Source of the DNA: Azolla caroliniana | Taxonomy: Eukaryota > Plantae > Polypodiophyta | Assembly (NCBI GenBank): GCA_043228905.1 | Contig: JBHGNT010000001.1 | Span: 23,436,001-23,500,000 of the forward strand | DNA: 64,000 bases | Reading direction: 5' to 3' | Shown: positions 1-12,279 of the stretch, piece by piece | Layout: every line of letters starts with the position of its first letter | Position numbering within the stretch: the stretch's first letter is position 1 | Translations under genes and position numbers: made by a program | The notes under the pieces: model-generated | Database searches by the model: none | What the model was told of the DNA's origin: nothing | The model's input: only the letters and a program-made list of their open reading frames with translations

Positions 1-900
1 CCTCGAATTGCCCCTAGTATTCTCCTCCATTATCAGCTCGAATCGCCTTCAGCTTCTGGCCGGTTTCTCTTTCCACTCTTGCGTGGAGCTCCTTGAAGAC
101 GGATAACACTTGGTCCTTTGTCTTCAACAGTGAGACCGACAACTTCCACATGCAGATCCTGTAATAGTCGTTTCAGCCAAATGACTTCACACGTAGCGAC
201 AATCACCCCTCGATATTTGGCCTACGTGCTCGATAGTGCCACTATCGGCTGCTTCTTACTGCTCCATGTGATCGCCGCACTTCCCATTGAGAATGCGTAT
301 CCAGATGTGGATCTACAATCGTTGGCATTTCCAACGCAATCGGCATCCGTGTAGCCAGCTAATTGTTCGGCTACGCCCGCCCGATATAGCAACACCATGT
401 CCTTAGTGCCGCTGACATATCGCAATATCCTTTGTGCACACTGAAAGTGTTCGGCCATGGGCTGCGACATAAATTGATTAATCAAGCTGACCGGGTAACT
501 GAGATCTGGCTGAGTGATCGTCAAGTAGATTAGGCTTCCGACAATCTATTGGAACCGTGTCGGGTTGCATGCCTTTCCCGAATCTTGGTGAAGCTTTACG
601 TTTCTATCCAGAGGGGTCGAGATGGGCTTACAATATGCCATCCCGGACTTAAAGAGCATATTCAGCACGTAGTGATGCTGGCTGATCAATATGCCTTCGG
701 GGATGTGGATCACTTCGATCTCGAGGAAGTAATGAAGGTCGCCAAGATCCTTCATTTCGAATAGTGCCGCAAGCTGAGACTTTACGTAAATCATCAACAT
801 AAAGTAAAAGACAAATTGGTCCATGTCCACCTTGCTAAACGAACAACGAAGAGTCCGATCTGGATGTCGTAAACCCCATTCTACACAACTGTTGCGTAAT
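1..900 (-). pseudogene. pol: Decayed Ty1/copia pol fragment (RT C-terminus and RNase H)
   Basis: ORFs 546..830 (FEMKDLGDLHYFLEIEV) and 222..524 (QPDLSYPVS, YTDADCVG, RSTSGY, WSSKKQPIVALSST) carry copia RT/RNase H motifs; broken by stops. Confidence 0.9.
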
Positions 901-1005
901 TAAGGGCACCCCTTCCCTCACGAGTGCTCACTAGCCGGTCGACGGCTACTACCATGGCTTCTGCAAGCTTGGAACCCCTCATCTTCAACTCCTTTGCCGC
1001 CTTCT

Positions 1006-1023
1006 TTCACGTCGGGTTCACCA
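1006..1023 (-). promoter_or_regulatory. Extra tRNA-Trp PBS downstream of the 3' LTR of A, followed by ~105 bp of gag start
   Basis: TGGTGAACCCGACGTGAA on minus, identical to 24941-24958; 900-1005 matches 24835-24940. Confidence 0.88.
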
Positions 1024-1028
1024 AATGA

Positions 1029-1646
1029 TATCGTGTTGTTACGCTCTCGTGTGTGAAATGAGGCGGGATTACGGGGGCCCTGAACCAAGGAGCGTGGGAA
1101 AGAAGAGGGAGAGCGACTCACAGAAAAACAAGGAGAGAGACGGGAATAGAAGATTCAATTACAATGTCAACAATGATTACAACTGGCAAACCGGCAACAG
1201 ACCCCAAACGAAGGTCCCACGCACACACACGGATGACACAGAGAACACATGGTGGAGCCTCTTCTGGAAGCACACGGGCTCACACGCAGCAAAGGCAACC
1301 AACACATAAACGTAGCGGAGAGCAACGGTTGAGGAGGAGAGAGCTCGGTTCCCAGTCCGACGGCACTTCACCCTCTCCAAAACGCGATATCTATATTCTT
1401 CTTCTCCCCTCCCTTTTATAGGTCGCCGAGGAGACCGTTACATCAAAACATATCAACTTTATTCTATGTCCTTTTGGACAGAGATATGCATCGATTTCCT
1501 AGATAATTAATACCATTCCTAGTACATATGTACATCAGCCGATCTATTCCTAGCTATGTACAATTCCTAAACACACACACACGCGAAAAGGATTGGGTCA
1601 CGCCTCCTCCCCTTGATTCCTCCTAGGGGCGGTTTTCTCCACAACA
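1029..1646 (-). repeat. 3' LTR of element A
   Basis: Highly similar to 24964-25581; degenerate TGTCG...CGACA ends; purine-rich tract adjacent at 1647-1662. Confidence 0.92.
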
Positions 1647-1719
1647 TCCACCCCCAACAAACCGCATGTCCATCGGTACGTGCCAGGTAGGAACAACCTT
1701 GGCAGAAACTGGCCCTAGA

Positions 1720-2243
1720 TCACTTGTCGTTTTCCGAACCCTCGCCTTCCCTGATTCGGGCATCGCCGCCGCCATCGCTCACCGGGTTTGGTTCGTCCTC
1801 GTGCCGCTTCTTGAACATCTTGACCCTCTTGCTAGCCACCGGTACCGTTATCCACGTCCCATCGAGCTTCACGAGATGATACGTGCCGTTGTCGTTTGCG
1901 CTTGTCACTGTGTAGGGCCCGAACCATCTCCTCGCAAACTTACGCACCGGCTTGTGTTGATTATTGAGGCTACTGTCGTACACCAACACCCAGTCGCCTT
2001 CCTCTATCTTCTTCTGTCTCAGCCAGTGTGTTCGGTCGAACCGGCCTTTGTTCCTTTCATGCGCCGTACGTAGCTTTGCCATCGTGTGCTCCATGTCCTC
2101 CGGTCGTCGCTCGAGCTACCAAATCCGCGCCCACGAAGTGATCGTCCGTTCCACCGACATAATCGGTTTTTGCCCGTACATCAACTCTGCTGGCATGAAC
2201 CCTGCCACCGAAGTGTGTGTAGTCCAGTCCGCCCACAACGCGT
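1720..2243 (-). pseudogene. pol: Element A integrase C-terminus
   Basis: KFARRWFGPYTV...NGTYHL GPY/F motif; homologous to the C-terminus of E pol. Confidence 0.9.
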
Positions 2244-4225
2244 TGTCGCGAAGTTTTGTGCACGTGTGTTACTTGGGCGGGACAACGGGGGTCTTGGACT
2301 AGGGAGTACTCAAGGGATTGAGAAGACCCAAGGTTTGCTTTATGACAATACTACTTCCTGACCCCTTCCCGAGCAAGGTCTCATTGCCCTTTGTTTTGTG
2401 AGGCCGGTGGCTCTCGTTGATCACGACTCGTCGACCTTCTGAGATCACCACACGAGCCAAGTGACCAAATGGGTACAAGCAAGATGAGCACGCAACATGA
2501 ACGCACAAGGGGACGATAACACAAACACGAATGTCCGTATGTCTTTATGAGGAGGAGAGGTGCATGGGCACACTCGAACGCTCCCTTGTCACAAGACGTC
2601 GAACGTACGAGGAAGACACAAAACACATGCACAAATGCTTGTACGCCTTTATGAGGAGGAGAGGTGCATGGGCAAGCCCGAACACTCCCTCGTCATGAGA
2701 CGGCCGAACGTACAAGGAAGACACAAACACATGCACAAAATGCTCATACGCCTTTATGAGGAGGAGAGGTGCATGGGCAAGCCCGAAACAGTCCCTCGTC
2801 ACGAGACGTCCGAACGTACAAGGAAGACAGAAACACACACACAAAATGCTTGTACGTCTTTATGAGGAGGAGAGGTGCATGGGCACGCCCGAAACGCTCC
2901 CTCGTCACAAGACGGCCGAATGTACAAGGAAGGCACAAACACACACACAAATGCTCGTACGCCTTTATGAGGAGGCGAGGTGCATGGGCACGCCTGAAAC
3001 GCTCCCTCGTCACAAGACGACCGAACGTACAAGGAAGACAGAAACACACACACAAATGCTCGTACGCCTTTATGAGGAGGAGAGGTGCATGGGCAAGCCC
3101 GAACGGTCCCCTCGTCACAAGACGGCTGAACGTACAAGGAAGACACAAACACACACACAAATGCTCGTATGCCTTTATGAGGAGGAGAGGTGCATGGGCA
3201 AGCCCGAACGGTCCCCTCGTCACAAGACGGCCGAACGTACAAGAAAGACACAAACACACGCACAAAATGCTCGTACACCTTTATGAGGAGGAGAGGTGCA
3301 TGGGCAAGCCCGAACGGTCCCCTCGTCACAAGACGACTGAACGTACAAGGAAGACATGAATAAAGAAAGAAGGAGAGAAAGAAACACGAATGATATCGAC
3401 CAAAGAGATAAATACATGTTCGATTCCAACGCAAGAGGACCCTTTATAAAATAGGGTTTTGTTTACAATGACAACTTATAGTTAACCACAAGCTCAATCA
3501 AAACATAAATATTAAATGCCCTTAGAGACAAAAGCAAATCCGAACACGGCGAAGATGAACACGCGAGCACCACCAAAATGCCAATCCCAACGAACCACGA
3601 CCACCCGAACGGCGAGCACACGGGCTCGTAACGACAAACGGGGCTCGCAACGTTGAACCAACGAAGCTTGGGCTCACGAGCACTTCGAGTGCCTACGCGA
3701 AGAAGACGAGCACGTGGCGATGGGGGGATGAAGGGGTATGAGATGAAGAGAAGTGGTGAATAAGGAGATGAAGAGCTTCGAAGGAAAATTGGCGATAGTC
3801 TCCTCCTCCCAAAAGAGCCCCCCTCAACCTCCTTTTATAGGAAAAAAAGGAAGGGGGGGTCGCCAAATTTGTCTTCAATGAAAAAGGAATAAAATTCCTT
3901 AAATCACGTTGTACTATAAGTCCAAATTCAAACCGTGCACCTCTAGCTAGTAGTCAATGTGACTATCCACTAACCCACTAACTCTCTCTTATATAATATA
4001 TAATTCTATCTCTATAAATTTATAGCTTGTCTCCCCTCTACCTTTTATCTCTCCTCTCTCTTACTTTTTGCACGAGCTTCTATACCTCCTTTTCACCCTT
4101 TCTTTTCCTTTTTATGTTGCATATGCACAATTAATCGTTTTTGTGTGCACACACATTGCACATGCACATTTTTGACCCCCCCCTTTTGCCGGTTTTCGCA
4201 CTCTCGAGCACGCCACATCACGACA
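2244..4225. mobile_element. ~2-kb solo LTR inserted in the integrase of A
   Basis: TGTCG...CGACA termini; host integrase resumes on both sides; degenerate 4-bp TSD GCGT/ACAT; no coding content. Confidence 0.8.
2520..3356. repeat. Tandem array of ~8 x 105-bp units inside the solo LTR
   Basis: CTTTATGAGGAGG recurs at 2543, 2647, 2752, 2858, 2963, 3068, 3173, 3279. Confidence 0.95.
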
Positions 4226-5321
4226 ACATAGGGTAGAAGCCGTGGCCAATTCCCGACCTGCCCTTCACACGCTCGTACCAAAGCCTTCACGATTGGTCCG
4301 TGTCCGCGTTTGCCTCCGGATTGTATGCCGTCGTGAGGGAGAGCTTGACCCTTAACCGGTCGAACAACTCCTTAGCTTCGTGCGCGTCTAGCTCTCCCCG
4401 ATCCGCCACGATTTTCCCTACGCATCCGTATCGGCACACTACCTCTTCAATTAGGAACCGACACACCGCTGCAATCGTCTTGTTCGTTAGTGCGCGGCCT
4501 TCCACTTGGTTCGTTAAATCTTCCCGCGCAAGCACCAGATACAACATCTGCCCTACTCCCATCGGCATTGTCACTAAGTCCACCATCCATTTGAAGTGGA
4601 TGGTTGACGGGTAGGTTGGGTGTAGCTTGTCTCGATGCCGGATCGTGGAGTGCATCTGACAGTTTTCACATGTCGTCACAAACTGGTAGACATCCTGGTA
4701 CAACCCCGACCACCAATACTTTTCTTTCAGTTTCTCGAACGAGGCCCATGTCCCGCGATGTTCGGCCCAAGGACTCTCATGGTACGCCATAAGCAACTCG
4801 TCCTGCTTGTCCTTTCTCGCTACTACGCAGAGTGGGACACCGCCTCGTTTCTTAGGGTGGCTCCATATGTTCCCGTCCCATAGGAAGAACCAATAAGCTT
4901 TCTTTCGGATCCGGTTAGCCTCTTCTTTTGTCCATGTTGCGTCTGGTGTCATTGTCTTCAAGAACCTACTGATCTGGAGCCACTCCCCATCGTACTTGCC
5001 TTCGTGGAATTCGTTAAGCGTCGGAGGCCTCCTCTCCCTCGTTATGTATACCGTCTCAAAGAAGTCTATGCCGACTTCCTCGTCCTCCAAAACCATGTCT
5101 TCCTCGTCGTCGAACCGCGATCTCGAAAGCATGTAGAAGTCTATGCCGACTTCCTCGTCCTCCGAAACCATGTCTTCCTCGTCGTCGAACCGCGCTCTCG
5201 AAAGCATGTAGGCCATGGCATTGTCCTTCTCGGAGATGTGCCGTATCTCCGGATTTAGGGATTTGATGTACGCGATCCACCCGAGCATTGCCAGGTCCGG
5301 AGTCGCGCATCCGAAAATCAT
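4226..5321 (-). pseudogene. pol: Element A RNase H end and integrase core
   Basis: ORF 4287..5321 with HHCC zinc finger (YHESPWAEH...CENC), WMVDL, VADRGE. Confidence 0.92.
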
Positions 5322-5323
5322 AT

Positions 5324-5785
5324 TGTTAGCCAGCCGGCAAGGAGTGAAGGACAGTCCAGAATATGGAAGGGCAAAAATAATCGGAGGCTGTTATTAGGAT
5401 ATTAAATAATTAAGTAGATTTTAGAGAAGTGAACGGACGGACCAGAATCGGTATGCCGATCCGGATCCGGACCGGTTCATATTAGTGTGCTGGTTGGCAC
5501 CGTTTTGTAGGCAGAGCCGGTGATCTATAAAAAGGCCCGGTTACATTGTAAATGACGACGGAGAATTAATAAAGCTCTAATTCCTTATCTATGTGCATTG
5601 ATTACCGTTCTGTGCTAATTACTTTCTATCTTACGCGTGTATTAAGATTAGGGTTCTGTTGTTTAAGTAACTGATTAAGGTTGGATTAATTGTTGATCTA
5701 ACTCTGTTCCACCATAACACCCTTTGGTGAAGTGTCTTCTGTAGACACCCTGTGTTAGGCTATTGTCCGGCCCTACGGAGTAACA
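5324..5785 (+). repeat. 5' LTR of B
   Basis: TGTT...AACA; near-identical to 15553-16016; TATAAAA near 5526; followed by degenerate PBS TGGTGACCAC. Confidence 0.93.
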
Positions 5786-5789
5786 CAGT

Positions 5790-8700
5790 TTTTGGTGACC
5801 ACAATTCTTGCATAAGTAGCGAACAACGGCAGGAATGGATGACTAGACCGGCGAGCGGACCGGTACCGGATCGAGCGAGAAGACTCGCTTTGTGGCTGCG
5901 GAAGCGAGAGGCCTTCCAGCAAGCGGCGGAAGAAATTCGTTCGGATCAATCATTTTCCAAAGCGATCCGGCGAGTGGCTGAGGATTCACTCCGTTTGCAA
6001 CAAGATTTCCACCCCGACGAAGGAAGCAGCTTGAGTAGTCTTCGGGAAACGGAATCCCTGCTGCAGGCATTAGTTGCAGGAGGCGATTTCGAACCATTTT
6101 CGGCCTTTGAATCGGACTCAGACAGCGAATATAGCGCTCATTCTAATTACTGCAGTAGTCACGACACCCCAAACAAACCGGCGGACGAGGAATTGAATAC
6201 CTCACTGACACCGGAACCAAAATTGAGAGAGCTGGAATCTGAAGCAGAGGCGGAAAGACCTTCCACAGAGGAAGAAAGACCTCCGATAGAGGAGGCGGAG
6301 AGACCTCTGACGGACGAGGAAGAGCGACCTCCGACACCACCAGCCCGCGTTCCAACATCGGAGGACGACATGTTGTTTCAATATCCCAAGTACCGGGATG
6401 ATCCGGACGCAGAGGCCCACGTCTATGCATTTCAGCAGACCTGGGAAACGAATCATGTGTCACAATGCTTAACCGCAGCCGAAGCAGAACGCTCAAAGAT
6501 GGCGGAGTTTGGCATGATCTTGGAGGGGCCCGCCACTAGATGGCACCTGACATAAGATCCTAGTACCGTAACGACGTTTGAGGCCTTGAAAACTAAATTC
6601 TTACATTTTTTCACAAAGAAGTGGATCAGCGAGAAATGGTCGGCCTATTCTATACAATCAGGCAGGAGCCCACGGAGAACATTCAACAATTTGTAATCCG
6701 ATTCCAAAGAATGCACAGCTAACTCAGTCGGGCACCACCAGAGGAAGAGACTAAGGTGATATTCCTTGTAGCACTCTGGGAACCCCTACGAACAATGTGC
6801 ACAGTTATTGATTTCCGCATGAGTTCCGTCGACCAGGTCATAGACCGAGTCAGGGAAATGGAAAACTCCAGCTCATGGCTGACGATGGGGGCACTCCAAA
6901 GAATGTTACCGACAGATGAAGACCTCCGCTTTCGACAAGAAGTTCAATGTATGACTTGCCTGAATGACGGACATTCGGCGCTGTAGTGCACCATGCGTTC
7001 TCAAGGCCTGCTTTGCCATTCCAGAAACCACACAATGAATCGGTGCGAGTATAACTTGCTGAATCGGCAAGCACCCCTAGTTCGGCAAATCGAACCACGG
7101 GGCAACCAGGAGGAGGAAGAAGAACGTTGGGGGTGAGAAGAGCGTTACCGATCGACACAAGATGTCCGGTACGGTGATTGAAGAAACGCTTATGACCGCG
7201 ACCGGTATGATAGATATGATAGATATCGGAACTGTTGGGAACTCGAAGTTCCTTATGTCCGACGCTCGGCCACAACCGAGATTCTTTTCATACACAGAAA
7301 AGCAGGTAATGAAACGCGACACAAAAGCAAGAGAGAGGAGAAATGGTACACAGGAGGTATATGTGGAAAACCCCAAAAAAATTAGGGGAAAAACCACGGC
7401 AGCCCACAAGCTGCAAACTGTCACTATGCAGAAATATACAACAGTGAGATCACTGAGGCAACGACCTCGTGCTCTCAGATCTTCGCCACAGGCGGCGGTT
7501 ACAACAAAGGCAACGACCTCGTCTCTCTCTCTCTCTCTCCGTCTCTCTATACAGTTACGCGCTCTGATTTCTTCTTGCACCAACAAGAAAGGAAAAATGA
7601 CAAGAATGACAACAACTAACTAACTAAAAGTTTGCCCTAAGTCATATTTATACTAATATGACTTTTCGGCTATTTACAAATGTAGCCTCGATGGGCTCCA
7701 TCCGGCTCTTCGCAGTCGGGTACTCTTCATCCGGCTCTCTGCAGTCGGGTACTCCTCATCCGGTTCATACCGGGCCTACACCATTCGACTCTCCGCAATC
7801 GGGTACTCCTCATCCGGTTCATACCGATTCTCACTTCCCATCCGGAGGGACCTATCTACCAACAGGAACTATAATGAGGAACGGAATGAGCGCTACAACC
7901 GGGATCACTCCCCAGGGTACAACCCACAAAGGGAGGACTATGGCAAGTACGACGACCGGCTCCGATAGGATTTTCGAAACAAAAAGCAGTTCAACAAAAA
8001 ATGGCATTTCAATAAAAAAGGGGGTCACCAATGGGAGTCGGACCAAGGTACATCAAGCAACCAACTGGACCAAGGCCAAAAACTTCCCACAGGACCTCAA
8101 CCGGGTGGCGGGGCGAAAGCAGAATCCAGTAACAGTCGGAAGGCATACTGCCACTATTGCCGACAAGAGGGACACTACAGTAACCAATGTCCGGCGAAAA
8201 GCTACGATAAGCGACCAACGGTAAACATGGTGGTAGTGGACATACAACAAGTGACCACGAGGGCAAAATGGAAAGCAACGGAGTGGGAAACCCAAGAAGC
8301 CATCCGGAAGCAGGCCACCGAATGGGTAAAAAAGGCAAACGAGCAAAATGTGGCAGAACTGGAACAACAAAAGGAGAACCTAGAGGAGACAACTGGCAAT
8401 GGCCAAGCGGAAAACGCAACATGGCAGGCATTGCAAGAATGCCAAATCACGTTGCCATTAGGTCGGCTATTGCAATAAGTACCTCGGTTTACAGAAGGAC
8501 TGAAGATGGGAATGACTGCGGTCGACACGACACCGGCTCCAACATTTTTTTCCAATCCCGAGGAAGGACCGACGGTAGTGGACACAAGCAGTCCGGCTAT
8601 CACAACCATCGTCAAGGGACGAGAACTACCCGGAATGATTATAGACGGAGGATCCAACGTGAATGTGATAAGCCTCCGAACTTGTAATACCCTAGGAATC

Positions 8701-11700
8701 CAGGATTGGGAGCCGTGCCCGTTTTGGCTCCGGATGGCGGACACAAGATCAGTAAGGCCTACCAGATTGATACGAGATTTGGAAGTGATTATCGGAGGTC
8801 ACGCATTCCACATTTCGGCAATAGTCCTCCAGCTCAATGCACAAGGAGCATACCCACTATTGTTGGGCTGGCCATGGTTAAAAACAATGCACATCAAGCA
8901 AAATTGGCGGAAAAACATCATCACTTTCCGGCATGGCAAAGCGAAAGTACGGGTACCTACACAACCACGTTCAAGTACCGGAAAGGAGCTGACACCACTG
9001 TATGCGGAATGTGTCAACATGCTTGAGGGATTGACGGATGAGGAGGTCGATCAGTACTTACAATAGGAGAATCCAAAAATTGTACCCTTATTTGAAGTCG
9101 ATGTCGCCGAAGCAGTGGCCCCATACATCATACTGGAGGAGTCCGGTGAAGAACCGGATAAGGAGGCCATCAGAGAGTTACGTCAAGTGCAGGAAGCGTT
9201 GGAGAAGGAATTGGCAGTATCTCAACGCGTAAAAGCCTCTCAGCTTGAAGAGGTAAACCTCGGCACCGCAGAAGACGCGAGACCGGTTCACATCGCCAAA
9301 GAAATGACTCCCGAAAGGAAGACGACAACGATCACCTTATTAAAGGAGTTCCGAGACGTGTTCGCATGGTCTTACGAAGACATGCAGGGGCTAGACCCTC
9401 AGTTGTATCAACACCAGATACATCTGAGTAAGGACGCCAAGCCGGTGGCGCAACGGCGCTACTGGATGAACCCTAACTATGCAACAAAAGTAAAGGACGA
9501 AATTGACAAATTGTTACGGGTAGGGTTCATCCGACCGGTCAAGAAGGCAACATGGTTGAGTCCGATAGTCGTCGTACCGAAAAAGAACGGAAAAATCCGG
9601 GTATGTGTCGACTATCGGAAGTTGAATGCGGCAACGGTAACTGACGCATTCCCACTCCCGTTTCGGATGGAGTCCTGGATGCGGTAGCCGGTCACGAAGT
9701 GTATAGTTTCCTGGACGGGTTGAACGGCTACAATCAGAACCGGATGCACCCCGAAGACCAGGAGAAAACCGCTTTTGTTACCGAATGGGGAGTATTTGTC
9801 GCCGTAGTCATGATGTTCGGACTTAAAACGGCGCCGACAACCTTTCAGCGAATCATCATGGAGATTTTTGGAGAATTTATTCCAGCATTCATGCAGGTGT
9901 TCTTAGACGATTTCACCGTGTACAACCAGGAAGGGGAACACCTCCAATACCTCTGACTATGTCTTGAGAAATGTAGGGTTTACCGGTTAAGCCTTAACCC
10001 AACAAAATGTGTGTTTGGTGTGTCAAGCGGGGCATTACTAGGCCACATCGTTAGCAAGGACGGTATTGCAGTAGACCCGGACAATGTCAAAGCAATTTTG
10101 GAGGCACCGGCACCCACCACGGCGAAAGCATTGAGTCGGTTCCTAGGACAAATCTGGTGGCATAGTCGGATGCTCCGGTATCTAGCAGACCTGGCCACAC
10201 CATTGCATGCCGTGGTGCATCGGACACCATTTCAATGGACGGGCATAGAAGAAAAGGCTTACCGGGCATTAAAAGTACTACTATCACAAGCACCGGTGGT
10301 GCAACCTCCGGATTGGTCTAACGAATTCCACGTATTCATAGACGCGTCTGACATAGCAATAGGGAGCGCATTAATGCAGCTTACCGAACCTAAGTGGTAC
10401 CGGCCCATGTATTATGCCAGCCGTAAGCTGTCACAGGCGGAACGGAATTACTCTACGACGGAAAGAGAGGCCTTGGGCATGATCTATAGCATCACCAAGT
10501 TCCGACTCTATTTGTTGGGGAGGAAATTTTCCTTTCATGTAGATTATTCGGCGCTACTGTACTTGGTCTCGAAAGCATCACTCACGGGTAAGCTGGCTCG
10601 GTGGACGCTATTATTACAAGACTTTGAGTTCGAGATATTCCACCGGCCAGGCATACAACATGCGGTTGCGGATTATTTGAGCCGGTTAGACTCCGGAGAA
10701 ACTAGGGACGGGGTCGCAGATGAATTTCCGGATGTAGATTTGTTTAAGGTCACAACCGAAATGGCAACAGATGGCACGATCTCCGAGGAGGACAAGTGGC
10801 TCACTAACATGCACCAATTCCTGAGCACTGTTTTACCTCCAAAGGAGATCAACAGAGACGAGTGGAAAAGATTAGCAGTACAAAGCCAACACTTCTGCCT
10901 ACTACAGGACACACTGTACCATAAAGGCGCGGACGACATATGGCAGTGCGCGATGCGCAATGACGAAAAAGACCAAATACTACGCGAAGCACACTGCGGT
11001 GTTACCGGAGGGCATTATGCTAGGGACGCTACGACAAGGAAAATATGGTAGAGTGGCCTATGGTGGCCAACAATGTTAAAAGACGTCGTCCATTATGCTA
11101 AAGAATGCAATTTGTGTCAACGGATGGGCCAACCAATGGAACAGGCAAGAATGCCTCACCAGCCGGTGCTGCCATTGGAACCATTTTAGAAATGGGGGTT
11201 GGACTTCGTCAGCCCATTTAAACCACCAGCAATGAGAACCGACAACCGATACGTGATTGTCGCTACGGATTACTGCACTAAGTGGGTGGAGGCCAAAGCA
11301 CTACGTGACAACACCTCGACATCCACGACAAAGTTTTTATATGAATGTATCTGGTGCCAGTATGGATGTCCTATCGAGCTAATCAACGACCAAGGAGGGC
11401 ATTTCTTGGGACAAGTAGTGGAGAGCTTGATGACATTCTATGCGGTGGTGCATAAGCGAAGCACTCCGTATTATCCGCAGGCCAACGGATTAGCCGAATC
11501 CACAAATAAGACACTACAAAACATCCTTCGGAAAATCGTCAATGAGAACCGGACGGATTGGGATACAAAGCTGCATAGTGCACTTTGGCCTACCGAACAA
11601 CATATAAGACAAGTATCCGGACAATGCCTTTCCGATTGGCATTCGGATTGGAAGCGATAATGTCGATCGAATTCCAGGTTCCCAGCTTACGGTTACAGGT

Positions 11701-12184
11701 TAAGGAACGCCTGAACGAGAAGGAGTCGGAAACCATCCGGCTAGCAGCACTATGCGAACTAGAGGAACATCGGATTGCCAGCTTGATGCACATGGAACTG
11801 GAGCAACGGAGAAGGAAAGAATTCGTCGATCGACACCAGAAAGGTAACGAAAAAAGGTTCGGGATTGGCAAGCCGGTACTTGTATTCTAGACCCGGATGG
11901 GTAAGATGCCGGGGAAGCTACAGTTTCGGTGGACCGGACCATATTGGATTACACAGGAGTTCAACAGTTCATACTAGATAGGAACACTCGCCGGTGAAGT
12001 TATGGTTAAATGGGTGAATGGGTTTCAACTCAAACCATACTATGGACCCATGCCAAAGAACCCATTTGAGCAGACAAAGGTTGACACCGCACCGGACACC
12101 GGTAAGCACGACGAGATGATAACCGGTCAGGCAATCGGCAAGCATAATCCAGAGACAGGTCCGTTTGGGCCGAATACATATTAA
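5790..12184 (+). pseudogene. gag-pol: Element B gag-pol (stops and frameshifts)
   Basis: Protease IIDGGSNVN, RT KKNGKIRVCVDYRKLN and FLDD, RNase H DASDIAIG, integrase core and GPY motif. Confidence 0.92.
7233..7864 (-). mobile_element. Solo LTR (family I) in the gag of B
   Basis: TGTTG...CAACA; perfect 5-bp TSD GGAAC (7228-7232 and 7865-7869); homologous to 58314-58459 plus 62932-63514. Confidence 0.9.
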
Positions 12185-12279
12185 CAATTAAAAAAATAAA
12201 ATAAAATAAAATAAAATAAATTTGACTCAAATCGAATCAAACCCAAACTATGTGATGGTGCGGAGCGAACGACCACATG

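Noticed and set aside
2520-3434. CRISPR-like array or repeat-protein genes
   Set aside because: Whole units repeat with no unique spacers, and the ORFs are artefacts of a 105-bp period inside an LTR.
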